From Octopus sinensis (taxonomy: Eukaryota): a stretch of 64,000 bases of DNA. A program made the position numbers and the translations under genes. Numbering within the stretch: the first letter of the stretch is position 1; each line of letters opens with the position of its first letter. Below the pieces are notes generated by a model. The model saw only the letters and a list, made by a program, of their open reading frames with translations. It made no database searches and had not been told where the DNA came from. The stretch covers positions 65,596,001-65,660,000 of the forward strand of contig NC_043002.1 in the NCBI RefSeq assembly GCF_006345805.1. The letters run 5' to 3'. This document shows positions 50,307 to 62,570 of the stretch, piece after piece.

Positions 50307-52997
50307 GTTTCTTTATTAGCCACACAGGGCTGCACACAGATAGAAAAAAATTACAAGGTAGAGTTTTTCTTTTGAAGGTTTAAAAAACAAAAAAAAAAAG
50401 GAACGGGGAGTTTCGATCAAAAGGATCGTAAAAGGAGAGAAAGAGGACAAAAAAAGGGGGTTAAAAAAAAAGGGGGAGGGGAAGAAAAAAAGAAAAAAAA
50501 AAAAAAAAAAAAAATTGATCAATAGGGATCGTTATCACAGAAATGTCAATATGAAGTGTAAAGGGGAGGACAGGTGAGGTTTACCCGTGGAAAGAAAAGC
50601 CTACGGAAAAGACCACGGTAACCTTTTATATTTCTTTTTTTTTTTTTTTTTTGCAAATAAGCAACTCTCTGTTTTCGATTTCTGGGTTCATAGGACTATG
50701 CTCAAGGTGGCTTCGTCATTCATACGTGCCATTCTTGCTACATTCACCCATCTTTTTTTAAAACATTCGCTAGACAAAACTTGCCTCTCTACTCTCACTT
50801 TCCTTTTCAAGTGGTACTTGAAGAAGTTGATGAGAGATTGACCAGAGAGGAAAGTGTTTGTCTCCAATCCTTTCAGACGCGTCCACCAGATACATTCTTT
50901 CGCCATAGCCACAAGGATGATGAAAATAGCTCTTCCTTCCCGTTTGAAGGAGGGAGGCGTGACAATATTAACGATAGACTCAGCTGATAAACCGACTCGT
51001 CCCACACGTGACAGCAGTTGTTCGACATAAGCCCACAGGTCGGAAATTGTTGGACACTGAACGAGTGCGTGCAGAACGGTTTCGTCGCTCTGACCGCATC
51101 TCGGGCAGGTCGGCCCCGTGTTTCTCGAGCCGTGTCTGTAGAGCTTATCCCGAACGGGTAGCGCTTCTCGGTAGCACTGCCAGGCCAGGGATCTCTGGAA
51201 GTTGTCCATGGGCCCTGGCCCGAAAGTCGTCCCGAACAGGCGGGTCAGGTACTCCTCGTCGACGTCCAGGTTCGCCCCGAGCTCGTCGTCGTACCTCCCC
51301 TCCACTAAACCCCTATAGAATGCTTTGGTTGTGTTGAAGTCACTCAAGGTCGACCCAGGACGGCAGAGTTGCTTGAGAGCAACGCGACACTCGCGGTGCC
51401 ATTCGCCCTTCCTCGGCCTCTTTTTGATCCACGACTGCAGTTCGGTCATGGAGACGAGCTGCGGGAAAGCGTGCCTCACAAACGGCGACCACACCTGTTC
51501 ACCGTCGTCTACATAGAGCCAGAGATGTCGCAGTCTCAGCGCGTGTCTGCGCATCATCAACCACGGCATGCCCAGCCCTCCTTTTAACGGGTGTTGACAG
51601 CAAATGGATCGCCTGACATCGGGACGCATCCTTTCCACAAGAAGCGAAAGAGGATGCGTTGTAGTTTGGTGATGGTAGGGTCGGGACAAGGTACGACGGT
51701 CAGGCGGTAGTAGATGACGGACGCGATGTACGTGTTCGCCACCTCCGCTCGACCTTTTAGGGACAGTTTCCTCTCGGCCCATTGCCGGGCGAGAGTGACC
51801 ACCCTACTCGTTATCTCGTTCCAGTTCTTCTCCACTTGGAGGTCCGGACCAAACCAGACCCCGAGCAACTCAACCGGGCCGTCGGTCCAGCGTCCCACGA
51901 CGGAGGCGCTGGTGGACGGCATGGGCTTGCTTCTCCAGGTGCCTAGTCGCAAGCCCACTGACTTTTCCCGGTTGATTTTCGCTCCTGTCACCGCTTCGTA
52001 GTTTTTCAGTGTCTCGCCGACCAGCTCGATGTGCTCGTGGCTAGACACTATGACGGTGACGTCGTCCGCGTATGCAGACACGCTCGTCCCGCATCCAATT
52101 CTCGCGGGATGCCCCTTAGAGTCGCCAGCTTCCGCAGTAGTGGCTCAAGAGTCAATACGTATAGAAGCGCCGAGAGGGGGCATCCCTGACGGACCGAACG
52201 TGCAATGTCGAAAGGTCTCGATAGATGTCCATTTACGCGAATTACCGAACGGATGCCTCTGTACAAGGCAGCTATCCAGCCGCGGAAGACGGGACCGAAA
52301 CCAGCCGCTCTCAGGACTGCCTCCAAGTATCGATGGTCTACCCTATCAAAGGCTTTCGATTGATCCAAGTTGATCAGGGCCCCACCCATGCCAGGTTCGT
52401 TAACTACCCTGTCTATGATGTAGCGCATCAGATGGAGGTTGTCATGGATAGTCCGGCCTGGCACGGCGCATGTTTGCGCCTTGTCGACCAGTTTTCTCGA
52501 TGACAAGCGCCAACCTCTTGGCTAGCACCTTGGCCAAAATTTTCAGTCTGCATTAAGCAGAGTGATGGGCCTAAAGTTATCTATTACATTTCCCTTGTTT
52601 AGATCTTTCTTCAGCAGTGTTACGGCTCCTCCGCTCACAAAACCAGGAATGCTCCCGTTTTGCTGCCAGTTGCAGTACACCGCCGCCAAAAGATCTCCAA
52701 ACAAGTCTGGCATACAATTGTAAAGCTCGTAGGGTAGACCATCCAAACCCGGTGATTTGTCCCTCGAGCATTCTGCCATCGCTTCCCGCACTTCCGCCGC
52801 CGTGATGGCACCTTCGCAGCACCCTGCCTTTCTTGTCGAGAGTCGTGGTAGGCTATGTAGGTAGGCACTGAAGTCCACCCTACGTTCTTGCCCTCCACTC
52901 GTTCCGAACAGTCGGGCAAAATGCTGCTGAAAGGCCTCACACATTTTACTTGGCTCGAGCAATTCGCGCCCCTGTTCATCTACCAGTGACCGAATGG
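50307..52997 (-). mobile_element. 5'-truncated Tx1/L1-clade retrotransposon (insertion 7): ORF2 RT and C-terminal CCHC region
   Basis: KSPGLDGLPYELY, NFRPITLLNAD, LINLDQSKAFDRVDH, SVRQGCPLSALLYVL, SAYADDVTV and CPRCGQSDETVLHALVQCP, with the stop at 50688. There are about three frameshifts and I saw no in-frame stops. AATAAA is at 50317-50312. (GATA)n abuts both ends (52998-53090 and up to 50306). Confidence 0.95.
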
Positions 52998-53092
<95 letters not shown>

Positions 53093-55372
53093 TAAAAGAG
53101 TGAGAGAAAAACTGAAGGAAGAAAATAAAAAGAAATAAATTGAATGATGCAGAACGGAAACTAAGTTTTGTTTTCTTTATTTTAAGGAAATTGTCGTCTC
53201 GAAAGTTGTAAAGTATCCGGATATTAATTTTACTGAGAAATCTTTGGACATTTGGGGAGTTTTGTGATAGAACCGATGAGTAAGGATATATAAAGGTGGA
53301 ATTTTTAAGGATTGGGTAGGGCCTGGCGGGTGGTGACTGAAACTGGGTGCTGGAATAGTTCTGTAGCTTTGTTAGGTTTAGAATTTTTGAAAGTTGGAAT
53401 TAAGCGTTGGGATACGAGTATGTAGTTTTTGAGATTTAAGTTTTGTAGGTTTGGGGCTGGAATATGACAGTGTAGTTCCAATGGGTTTCGGGTTTAAGGA
53501 CTGAATACTGCGACTAAAGTTTAGAATATGGATGTTTATATTCTTTGGATAAAGAATTGTTTGGGGTACAATGTAGAAGTTGGCACATGTTTTGTAGCAT
53601 TTTAGGGTGCAGGATTTGGGGATTGTAATTGATTGGTTGGGAGATGGGTGTTCAGCTTTGTGTCTAAGATTTGGGGACTGCATCTGACGCTTCTGTGGTG
53701 TGGCAGTTCTGTTTGCCGGATTGTGTTGAGAGGCGATGTATACTGATTTTGGAATTGTAGAGTGAATGTGAAGAGCGAAGCCAATTCAAGTAGGTTTGTG
53801 TAATTTAAATTGAGAAATAAAAAATAAAAAGAACTCTAAACAAGGAAAGAGAAAGAAGAATTGCAGAAAAAAAAGAAGACAGAAATAGCAGAAAAAAAAC
53901 AGAAAGGAAGAGACCAATAGATAGTAATTGCTTGTTTGTGTATTATAAATGTAAGGAGGAGGAAAAATTATAATGATTATAGGGCTATTATAAAGATTGT
54001 ATTTCTATGGTTGTCAGGGAAAATAGAAATAAAATAGATAGGCTGATAGAGAAGAAGAGTGATATAGAGAAAGCCAATATTGTCTGAGCAGATGCATTGA
54101 TTGTGAAGCTAGCCACCATTGAAATCTGAGAGTCAACGACAATCACGTAATAATAAATGAGAAGAGAAGGGGAAAGGAAAAAGAATGAAAAGGAGAGAGT
54201 GAAAGGGAGTCGAAGCGAGACATTAGTATTATTCTATCATTCTGTGTTCATGCGTGCGATGGACGAGCGGTGTTAAGCTTTCTCTTTTTTGAAAAGTAAA
54301 AGTTGCAAATCAGGTGTAGTCTCTAACGAAAGCTGCTTCAGTTAATAAAGCAGAAAACCGGATCGATAGTGCTGCGACATATTAACTTAAATATCATCGG
54401 TTCATATCCTGTCACTCGTGAAATTAATTGCCTGTTCTGATTATGACTACAGCATTACTGTATGAATAGGGAATTCACTGTTGCAACTTCGTGGTCTTTG
54501 GTTCAATCCTAGTGAGGAGCAGCCTCTACATAGTCTATGATTAACTAAAGACGTTTTAATGAAATTTGGTTAAGAAATATCAGTGGAAGTGCTTCGGAGG
54601 AACAATTCCTTAAAAATTCTTCCACTATTTTCGTAATAGACTTAAACAATCACCTGGTTTTCCATATGCAACATCGCATTTTGCCGAGTCCATTCTGTTG
54701 TCAGTAATTAGGACAGATTTCCGGTCTAAGGTTAAACCTCATTCTATTATTCTATTATTCTCAAATGCCCTGAAAACAACTTATTTTTACTGTTATTCTG
54801 TTTGTCAAAGCATTTAAAACTGGTTCCTAGAGACAACAATGGTAGTGGGGCGGCGGCAGTGGTGATGGTGGTAGTCGTTGTGTAAGTGGTGGTTTATGTA
54901 GGTTGTGGTGTCGTTCTATGAACTGAGTTATTTGTTCCTGAATTAACATATAAGTGGCCACAACGTTTGATATAATCCTCAGGCAGAAACGGCGTGACAC
55001 AGGAGGTGGGGGACAAGTAACTTTTGACTTATTGGTACAATCCACCAATGGGCTTCCATACAGTTTCTGATGTTTCAATTGCATTCACAAGGTAAAAAAT
55101 TACCTTTACTCAAGTAACCATGCTTTGTGATCGAACCTGGAATCTCGTGATTGCGAACTAAATTTCTTAATCATTCGTCCTTACTACTCACTCCCAACAA
55201 TATTACATACTTTGTAAATAAAAGCACAAAAAAATGGACAACTTATAATTTACCCTGTAGTTCTTGTGTTCAATTAATCCTACACTCGGGCGTCAGTATC
55301 TTAAAACAAATAGAAAGTTTATCCAACCGGATTAAGGATTGTAGATTTAAATTGTTTTCGAATAGCTTTCCC

Positions 55373-55562
55373 AGAATCCATAAGATGTTTACAAAATGTT
55401 AATTGACAAAACAAATTTCTTCTAACGGCCACTTCGGGCCGAGCTACATAACACTTAGGAGATCTGTAGTTTTCCTAGAATCCATAGGATGTTTACAAAA
55501 TGTAAGTTGACAAAACAGATATCTTCTAACGACCATTTTGGGCCGAGCTGAATAATACTTAG
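55373..55562. repeat. Two-copy 104-bp tandem duplication
   Basis: AGAATCCATA.GATGTTTACAAAATGT..TTGACAAAACA..T.TCTTCTAACG.CCA.TT.GGGCCGAGCT begins at 55373 and at 55477. Confidence 0.85.
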
Positions 55563-55857
55563 CATCTTGGTTTAAGTTATATATTAAACCAAGAGCAAAT
55601 CAGATGTGTAACTGGCCACCGGAGCAAATTAGAGAATCTTTCTGTAGTTTGCCTTGTTTGCTAAAAAATAGTATACAGTCATATCTCGAATGTTACCTTT
55701 TCTTTCTTTTATTCTTTTATTTATTTCAGTCATTTGACTATGGCTATGCTGGAGCATGGCCACAGTCATGCTCAGTCATACCTGAGTTAAGACTAAACAG
55801 CAAAAATAACAACAACAACAACAATAGCACCAGCAGTAGCAATAACAATGTTAATAG

Positions 55858-56141
55858 CCTTTCTACTAAAGGCTCAAGGCCTGACATTTTGGGGAACGGG
55901 ACCAGTCGATTAGATCGACACCAGTACGCAACTGGTTCTTAATTTATCGAAGTCGAAAGGATAAATGGCAATGTCGATCTCGGCGGAATTTGAACTCAGA
56001 ACGTAGCGATGGGCGAAATACCGCTAAGCATTCCGTCCAGCGTGCTGACGATACTTTTCTACTATAGGCGCAAGGCCCGAAACTTTTGTGGAGGGAGCCT
56101 GTCGATGAGATCGACCCCAGTATGCATCTAGTACTTAATTT
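55858..56141 (-). mobile_element. Tandem tRNA-derived SINE copies
   Basis: Same family as 33948-34488. Confidence 0.8.
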
Positions 56142-56326
56142 AGTTCTACATTTAAGAGGTGAGGAATTATGTACATTATTTACATTATTTACATTCGACG
56201 GATATTTGTCCTCATCTTGTTTGTTGTTAACATAACGTTTCGGCTGATATACCCTCCAGCCATCTTCGGGTGTCTTGGGGAAATTTCGAACCTGGGTTCT
56301 CATTTCTATGGTATTTTTCGATGTTG

Positions 56327-56396
<70 letters not shown>

Positions 56397-56568
56397 CATC
56401 ATTATTATTATTATCATCATTATTATTATTATCATTATTATTATTATTATCATTATTATTATTATTATGACTATTATTGTTGTTGTTGTTGTTGTTGTGT
56501 TGTTGTTGTTGTTCAGATCACTGCTTGGAATCGAACTCGCAGTTTTGGGGTCAGTAGCCCGCTCTACT
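56142..56568 (-). mobile_element. Composite SINE-like element: tRNA(Ser)-like head, (AAC/AAT)n, and Penelope-like tail with a hammerhead motif
   Basis: Head 56568-56514 (B box GAGTTCGATTCC), microsatellite 56513-56330, tail 56329-56142. The HHR at 56274-56229 reads GACAC-CCGAAGA-T-GGCTG..CAGCC-GAAA-CGTT-ATGTT, with a U4C core change and a helix I mismatch. Confidence 0.72.
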
Positions 56569-56579
56569 TGGGGTTAGTA

Positions 56580-56672
56580 GACCTCGGCAGAATTTGAACT
56601 CAGAACGTAGAGACGGGTGAAATACCGCTAAGCATTTCGGCCATCGTGCTAACGATACTGCCAGCTCGCCGC
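56580..56672 (-). mobile_element. tRNA-derived SINE 5' fragment
   Basis: Same family as 33948-34488. Confidence 0.75.
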
Positions 56673-57113
56673 ATTCAACAACGATATAAACAACGAGCCT
56701 GCGATCAAAGCGCAACATGCTCTGTTTGGCCATTGTGCTAAAAAGAAAGCTGCAAAGTCAAACGATCCAGATATATAAACATCAGCTTACACACGCAAGT
56801 GTAATTAGTGTTTATTGATTAGTATTTTTATTATATTGTATTTCTTTCCGTTATCGTAGATAATAGCCAGGGTATTGATTACAAGAGAGTGCTAAATAAG
56901 GTTTACGAGGTTCTTAGTGAGACACATAACAAGTATCAGTTTACAGTCAATGAACACACAGGCCACTTCTGTGTGATGTGTATGTGCGTTTGTGTGAAGG
57001 GATACACACACACACATATATGTATATATATATGCACACACACATATACATTATAAATATAAATGATATAATATATACACACATATATATATATATATAG
57101 AGATGTATACTAT

Positions 57114-57152
<39 letters not shown>

Positions 57153-57177
57153 TGTATACTATGTTTATATATATATA

Positions 57178-57209
<32 letters not shown>

Positions 57210-57394
57210 GCATATATTCATATATCTCTATACATGTTTATTCTGTTCATATATATATATATATTTATATTTATATATATACAGACATGAATGTTACGAT
57301 ATATAATATATATATAATATATATATATACGAGAGAGAGAAGAGAGAGAGAGTGGCATATATGTATATATGTATGTATGTATGTATGTATGCGT

Positions 57395-57530
57395 ACCTGT
57401 GTGGTAAGAAGCTTGCTTCCCAACCACATAGTTGCGGATTCAGTCCCACAACGCGGCACCTTGGGCAATTGTCTTCCACTAGAGCCTCGGTCCGACCAAA
57501 AGCTTGTGAGTGGATTTGGATGACAGAAAG
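57395..57530 (+). mobile_element. tRNA-derived SINE 5' part
   Basis: Same family as 43745-44193. Confidence 0.8.
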
Positions 57531-58006
57531 TGAGATGAGCCATGGTGTGTGTGTGTGTGTGTGTCTTGTTGATAAAATCTTATTGGTTTTGTTGCTAATA
57601 CTATGATAAAATTGCGTTTCAAAACACAACACTTAGAGCGGCCATTATTTTCGGAATAACCTAATACATAGTCCAGTTGAAATCTAATGGGTTTAATTTC
57701 TTGAAAAGTCTACGGATGCCGTCAGTGCACGCAGTGTAGTTGTATACAGTAACCTCAGGTTAGCACAAAAGGGGAAATCACTTGCTACTGAAATGTCTGT
57801 ACTTTTCTTTGTAGATTTGTGAAGGTAAGGGCTATTTTTATTATATTCCCTACATTAACCGTGCGTGTTTACTTATAGAGAAATATGCGGCCTCGGGAAG
57901 TTGACTCTTTTTTTCTAACAGGGCCGGTACATTTTGTGCCCTAAGTTTCATATATATGTGTATGAGTGTGTGTGTATGTATGTATGTATGTATGTATGTA
58001 TGTATG

Positions 58007-58046
<40 letters not shown>

Positions 58047-58055
58047 TATAATATG

Positions 58056-58095
<40 letters not shown>

Positions 58096-58160
58096 ATATA
58101 TATACATATATATATACACACATGCGTATATGTGTGTTGTGTGTATGTGGCGTGTGTATA

Positions 58161-58714
58161 CGAGGGTGAGTCAAAAGTAATGCCATTTGTTTAGAACATG
58201 TATAATTACCAACACATGAACATGTATCATACATCAAAATGAATCTGGTTCTCTGTGGATCACATCCCTACTTCTCAACATAGTCACCGTTTCTCTCATT
58301 AGCAATGTCCCACCTTCGAATGAAAGCGTGTATCCCTGCCCCGTAAAATTCTGTTGACTGTTCTTTGAGCCACTTCTTCACTACAGTGTTAATGTCCTCG
58401 TCACTGGAATAATGTTTACCTCTCAACGCCTCTTTTCTGGTGCCGAAGAGATGATAGTCTGAAGGCACTAAATCTGGTGAGTGTGGAGGTAGTGAAAAAG
58501 TGTCTCAAAGAACAGTAAATAGAATTTTACGGGGCATGGACACATGCTCCCATTCAAAGGTGGAACATTGCAATTAAGAGAAACGGTGACTATGTTGAGA
58601 AGTCGGGATGTGATCCATAGAGGTCCAGCTTCATTTTGATGTATGATACATGTTTCTGTGTTGGTAATTATATCTGTCCTAAACAAAATGGTATTAATTT
58701 TTGACTCACCCTAG
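58161..58714. mobile_element. Non-autonomous mariner derivative made of two inverted 3' ends
   Basis: TA|CGAGGGTGAGTCAAAA and TTTTGACTCACCCTAG|TA. The minus arm 58489-58161 encodes PPHSPDLVPSDYHLFG..GDYVEK*. The plus arm 58490-58714 encodes VKKCLKEQ..QRWNIAIKRNGDYVEK. Confidence 0.9.
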
Positions 58715-58981
58715 TACATACGAGAAATTAAGAAGAAAGATTTTTGTATTAGTTCGTACATACAATTCGCCATTGTGTTTTGTTAATACCGATCATTGAA
58801 TGTGCCGAGTGCATTTGTATGCATAACCAGAACGCATTATTTGAGAATACATTATTACATAAAGTTACAGAGAATATATGCATATATGAAAGTCACAATA
58901 TATGGATTCAAATTTATATATGTATGTATTTATTTATACTTAATCAATACATACAATCTTACATATGTGCGTGTGTGAATG

Positions 58982-59016
<35 letters not shown>

Positions 59017-59300
59017 ACGTGTGCGTGTGTGGGTGCACGTGTGTGGGTGCACGTGTGTGTATGTGCAGGTGTATGCGTGTGCATGTGTGTGTTTATGTGT
59101 TTGTGTGTGTGTATGTACATACATGCACAAATATGTCTACTTATATATATGTATATACGTATTCACATGCACAATATATCTACTTATATATACACGCACA
59201 CACATATCTATATACTATATATGTATATATATATGTATATATATATATATGTCTGTGTGTGTGTGTGTATATATATAGTATAGATATATATATATAATAT

Positions 59301-59338
<38 letters not shown>

Positions 59339-60133
59339 CAGCTTTATGTTACATCACCCACACATATATTTATATATAATTGCCTTTATATACTATATAC
59401 ATGTCTGGGCGTAATTATACTTGTTTTTATAGATGTATACATAAAAGTGTGTATGTATCTACTTATATATACACGCACACACATATCTATATACATATGT
59501 ATATATATATATATATATATATTATTATATATATATATATTGTATATATATATATATATATATATATGTAATATGTATATATATGTGTGTGAGTGTATAT
59601 ATATTATATATATATATAAATATATATAGTATAGATATATATATATATAATTATATCTATATATATATACACCTTTATATACACACACACACACGTATAT
59701 TTATATATAATTGCCTTTATATATATATATACATGTGTGGGCGTAATTACACTTGTTTTTTATAGATGTATGCATAAAAGTGTGTACGTATGGCCATTTT
59801 TATGTGTATACGTGCAATGTTCTCGTTTTGCAACAATTCAATACATCAAAGCTCTCTCAGTTACATAAAGGGAATGAGCAATGCAAAGCAAAGAAGCAGC
59901 TGTATGAAAAAGATATTAAATATATTTGGTTTTGATTCATTGTTTCCATATTTCTTTTAATCTTGACATAAACTGAAATCATAGACAACTCCAAAAACAG
60001 TAATATACTGTTCCAGTTAATATATAAGGATGAAATCATTAGCGTTATTGTTTAATCTACGATCAAAGGCGTCCTTGACCTAGCTAACTACTGTATTTTT
60101 TCTATAATGCATCGAGAACTCGTGTGAAGCTCC

Positions 60134-60135
<2 letters not shown>

Positions 60136-60173
<38 letters not shown>

Positions 60174-60740
60174 GTAATAATAATAATAATAATAATGATG
60201 ATGATGATGATGATAATAATAATAATAATAATGATAATAATAAAAATAATAATAATAATAATAAAAATTAGAAGAAGAGAAGAAGGAGAAGAAGAAGAAG
60301 AAGAAGAAGAAGAAGAAGAAGGAGAAGGAGAAGAAGAAGGTAGAGGAGGGGGAGGAGATGAAGAAGAAGAAGAAAAAGAAGAAAGAGAAGAAAAAGAAGA
60401 AGAAGAAGAAGAAGAAGGAGAAGGAGAAGAAAAAGAAGAAGAAGAAGAAGAAGGAAAAGAAGAAGAAGAAGAAGATGAAGAAAAGAAGAAGAAGAAGAAG
60501 AAGATGAAGGAAAAGAAGAAGAAGGAGAAGAAGAAGAAGAAGAAGAAGAAGGAAAAGAAGAAGAAGAAGAAGAAGAAAAGAAGAAGAAGAAGAAGAAGAA
60601 AAAGAAGAAGAAGAAGAAAAAGAAGAAGAAGAAGAAGAAGAAGAAGAAGAAGAAAAAGAAGAAGAAGAAGAAGAAGAAGAAGAAGAAGAAAAGAAGAAGA
60701 AGAAGAGAAGAAGAAGAAGAAGAAGAAGGAAAAGAAGAAG
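60136..60740. repeat. (AAT)n grading into a long (GAA)n purine tract
   Basis: Direct reading. It explains the poly-E/K/R and poly-S/F/L ORFs. Confidence 0.92.
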
Positions 60741-60965
60741 AATTGTCGGAGCCCTGGGAAAAGGGAGCAAAAATCTCGAGAAGTACGTGGAACAAATAGG
60801 GGCTGCAATAAGGGTGGAGCACTTGCAGAAAAAAAAACGCTGCTTGGAACCGCTCGAATACTCCGGTAAGTGCTCGAAAAATAAGAGTTGTTACCTTAGT
60901 TCACTGGTAGTGAACAGCTGACACCGTAGTACATCTCCAGTGTTAGAAGCTGTGCAAAGGCAATG
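60741..60965 (+). mobile_element. 3' tip of R4/Dong family C
   Basis: IVGALG..KNLEKYVEQIGAAIRVEHLQK-(K)TLLGTARILR, with the same 3' terminus as the 9704 end. Confidence 0.85.
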
Positions 60966-60979
60966 ATAATAATAATAAA

Positions 60980-61515
60980 TGCGCTGATGAAGTATCAGGC
61001 AGTGGGTTTCATGGCATTTTATCCTAACTGATTGGAAGTGTTATCATGTATATTGTTTAGTCTTGGTATAAAAGAGGAGCTGCAGTAAATATTCTGCTCG
61101 GTACCACAGATATGCTTGTCAGTTGTTTGATCTTCACCTGTTGAACGTATCCCTTGGTGGCTCATGATATGTGCATCTCAGTTCACGAACAGACGTAGTG
61201 GAGAAGCGTCATAGCCATGTGTTGAGAGGGATTCTTTGGGGTCTCACTACTGGAAACAGGTGTTTTTTAATCAACATCCTCAATTCAGGGATCTTTTAAG
61301 CGAGACGGGCTACTGGAGCTGAAGAGAATTCTGACTGGGCTCCACCTGCAAGTCACGCTTTGTTTATCTTGGTATGAGATCACCATGTCGCGCACACATG
61401 GTTGTGATGCATGGGCTTGGTGTACCCTTATCAGACGGGTAGTCATGATGGGTATATTGGGCCTCGTATATCTTACACCAGTGTCACTTTCATGGAATAC
61501 GCTGCTCTCTCATTC
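60980..61515 (+). mobile_element. Repeat X (probable R4/Dong 3' UTR)
   Basis: Homologous to 1983-2438 and flanked by (AAT)n. Confidence 0.75.
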
Positions 61516-61973
61516 AATAATATTATCATTATTATTATTATTAGTAGTAGTAGTAGTAGTAGTAGTAGTAGAGTATATTTTGAAATTATGGGATGTGTTT
61601 CGCTTAACTCACTCATAGTTTTTATTCTACTCAATGAAACTACTTGGCAAAACATTTTTTTCTTGTTTTTTTTAATGCAGAACTTCTCAGTAGAGAGATA
61701 GGAATTTAATTGTTTACATTAAGTTTTCCTCGTTTGCCGGAAAAAGTCATTAATTTCGGATATTTTTTTCTTTTACATTTTTTTTTTAACTTCTGTCACT
61801 CGTAAACAAAATAGACCGTTTCAATACGTGCTCAGCAAAAAATACATTACACGAAATCTTGTGCGTTTTGGCAGACAGCAAAGAGAAAAAATAATAACAT
61901 TCTGACAGAAAACATGACACCTAATAAGAGAAAATTTATGGCAGAAAATAATGGCATATACTACTACTAATGC

Positions 61974-62036
<63 letters not shown>

Positions 62037-62491
62037 GATAACACCGGGGACGTTAAACATGTGAGAGCGATAGAACAGTGCTCTGAAATCTATCCTCAAA
62101 CATCGGAACAAAGACATCGTATGAAGCTAAAAAAATAACTGACAAAGGATTGGACTATATCCGAGTAAGTTATACTCATCGAAATTTATTACTATTTTCA
62201 AAACGAAATTATGTATATAAACTCGATATCATCTCAACCTCTAACACAACACATGTAAACATGGTTGATACATTACGATCCATCAACACCAGATCATCTC
62301 CGGCCCCAAACACCATGTACAAGAAAACTACGAATAAATTAAATAATACCGGTATTATTCAACCCAAGAATAACAATCGGGAAGTACGTACTATAAACTT
62401 ACAACATAAAATGTACGAAAAACTACACGTGCAAAACAATGTGACAACAGAAATGAACGGACCGGTACCCTACGAAAATGACGACCGTCAA

Positions 62492-62570
<79 letters not shown>

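Noticed and set aside
46234-50400. CRISPR-like array of a recurring ~35-60-bp conserved sequence with variable spacers
   Set aside because: The repeat is the 3' terminus of a Tx1 LINE (with AATAAA, and linked to ORF2 in two copies). The spacers are its own UTR plus (GATA)n, there are no cas genes, and the context is eukaryotic.
57815-57824. Possible 10-nt micro-exon (TTTTCTTTGTAG|ATTTGTGAAG|GTAAGG)
   Set aside because: The splice signals are good, but about one such coincidence is expected in 64 kb of AT-rich DNA. It is not a multiple of 3 and has no partner exons. Only RNA-seq junctions could rescue it.
60080-60869. ORFs of 184-242 aa (poly-E/K/R, poly-S/F/L)
   Set aside because: Translations of (AAT)n/(GAA)n. 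The C-terminal tail of the + ORF is an out-of-frame R4/Dong remnant.
60985-61010. CTGATGA core at the start of repeat X
   Set aside because: There is no helix II and no downstream GAAA. CTGATGA on the minus strand at about 19833-19839 was rejected likewise.
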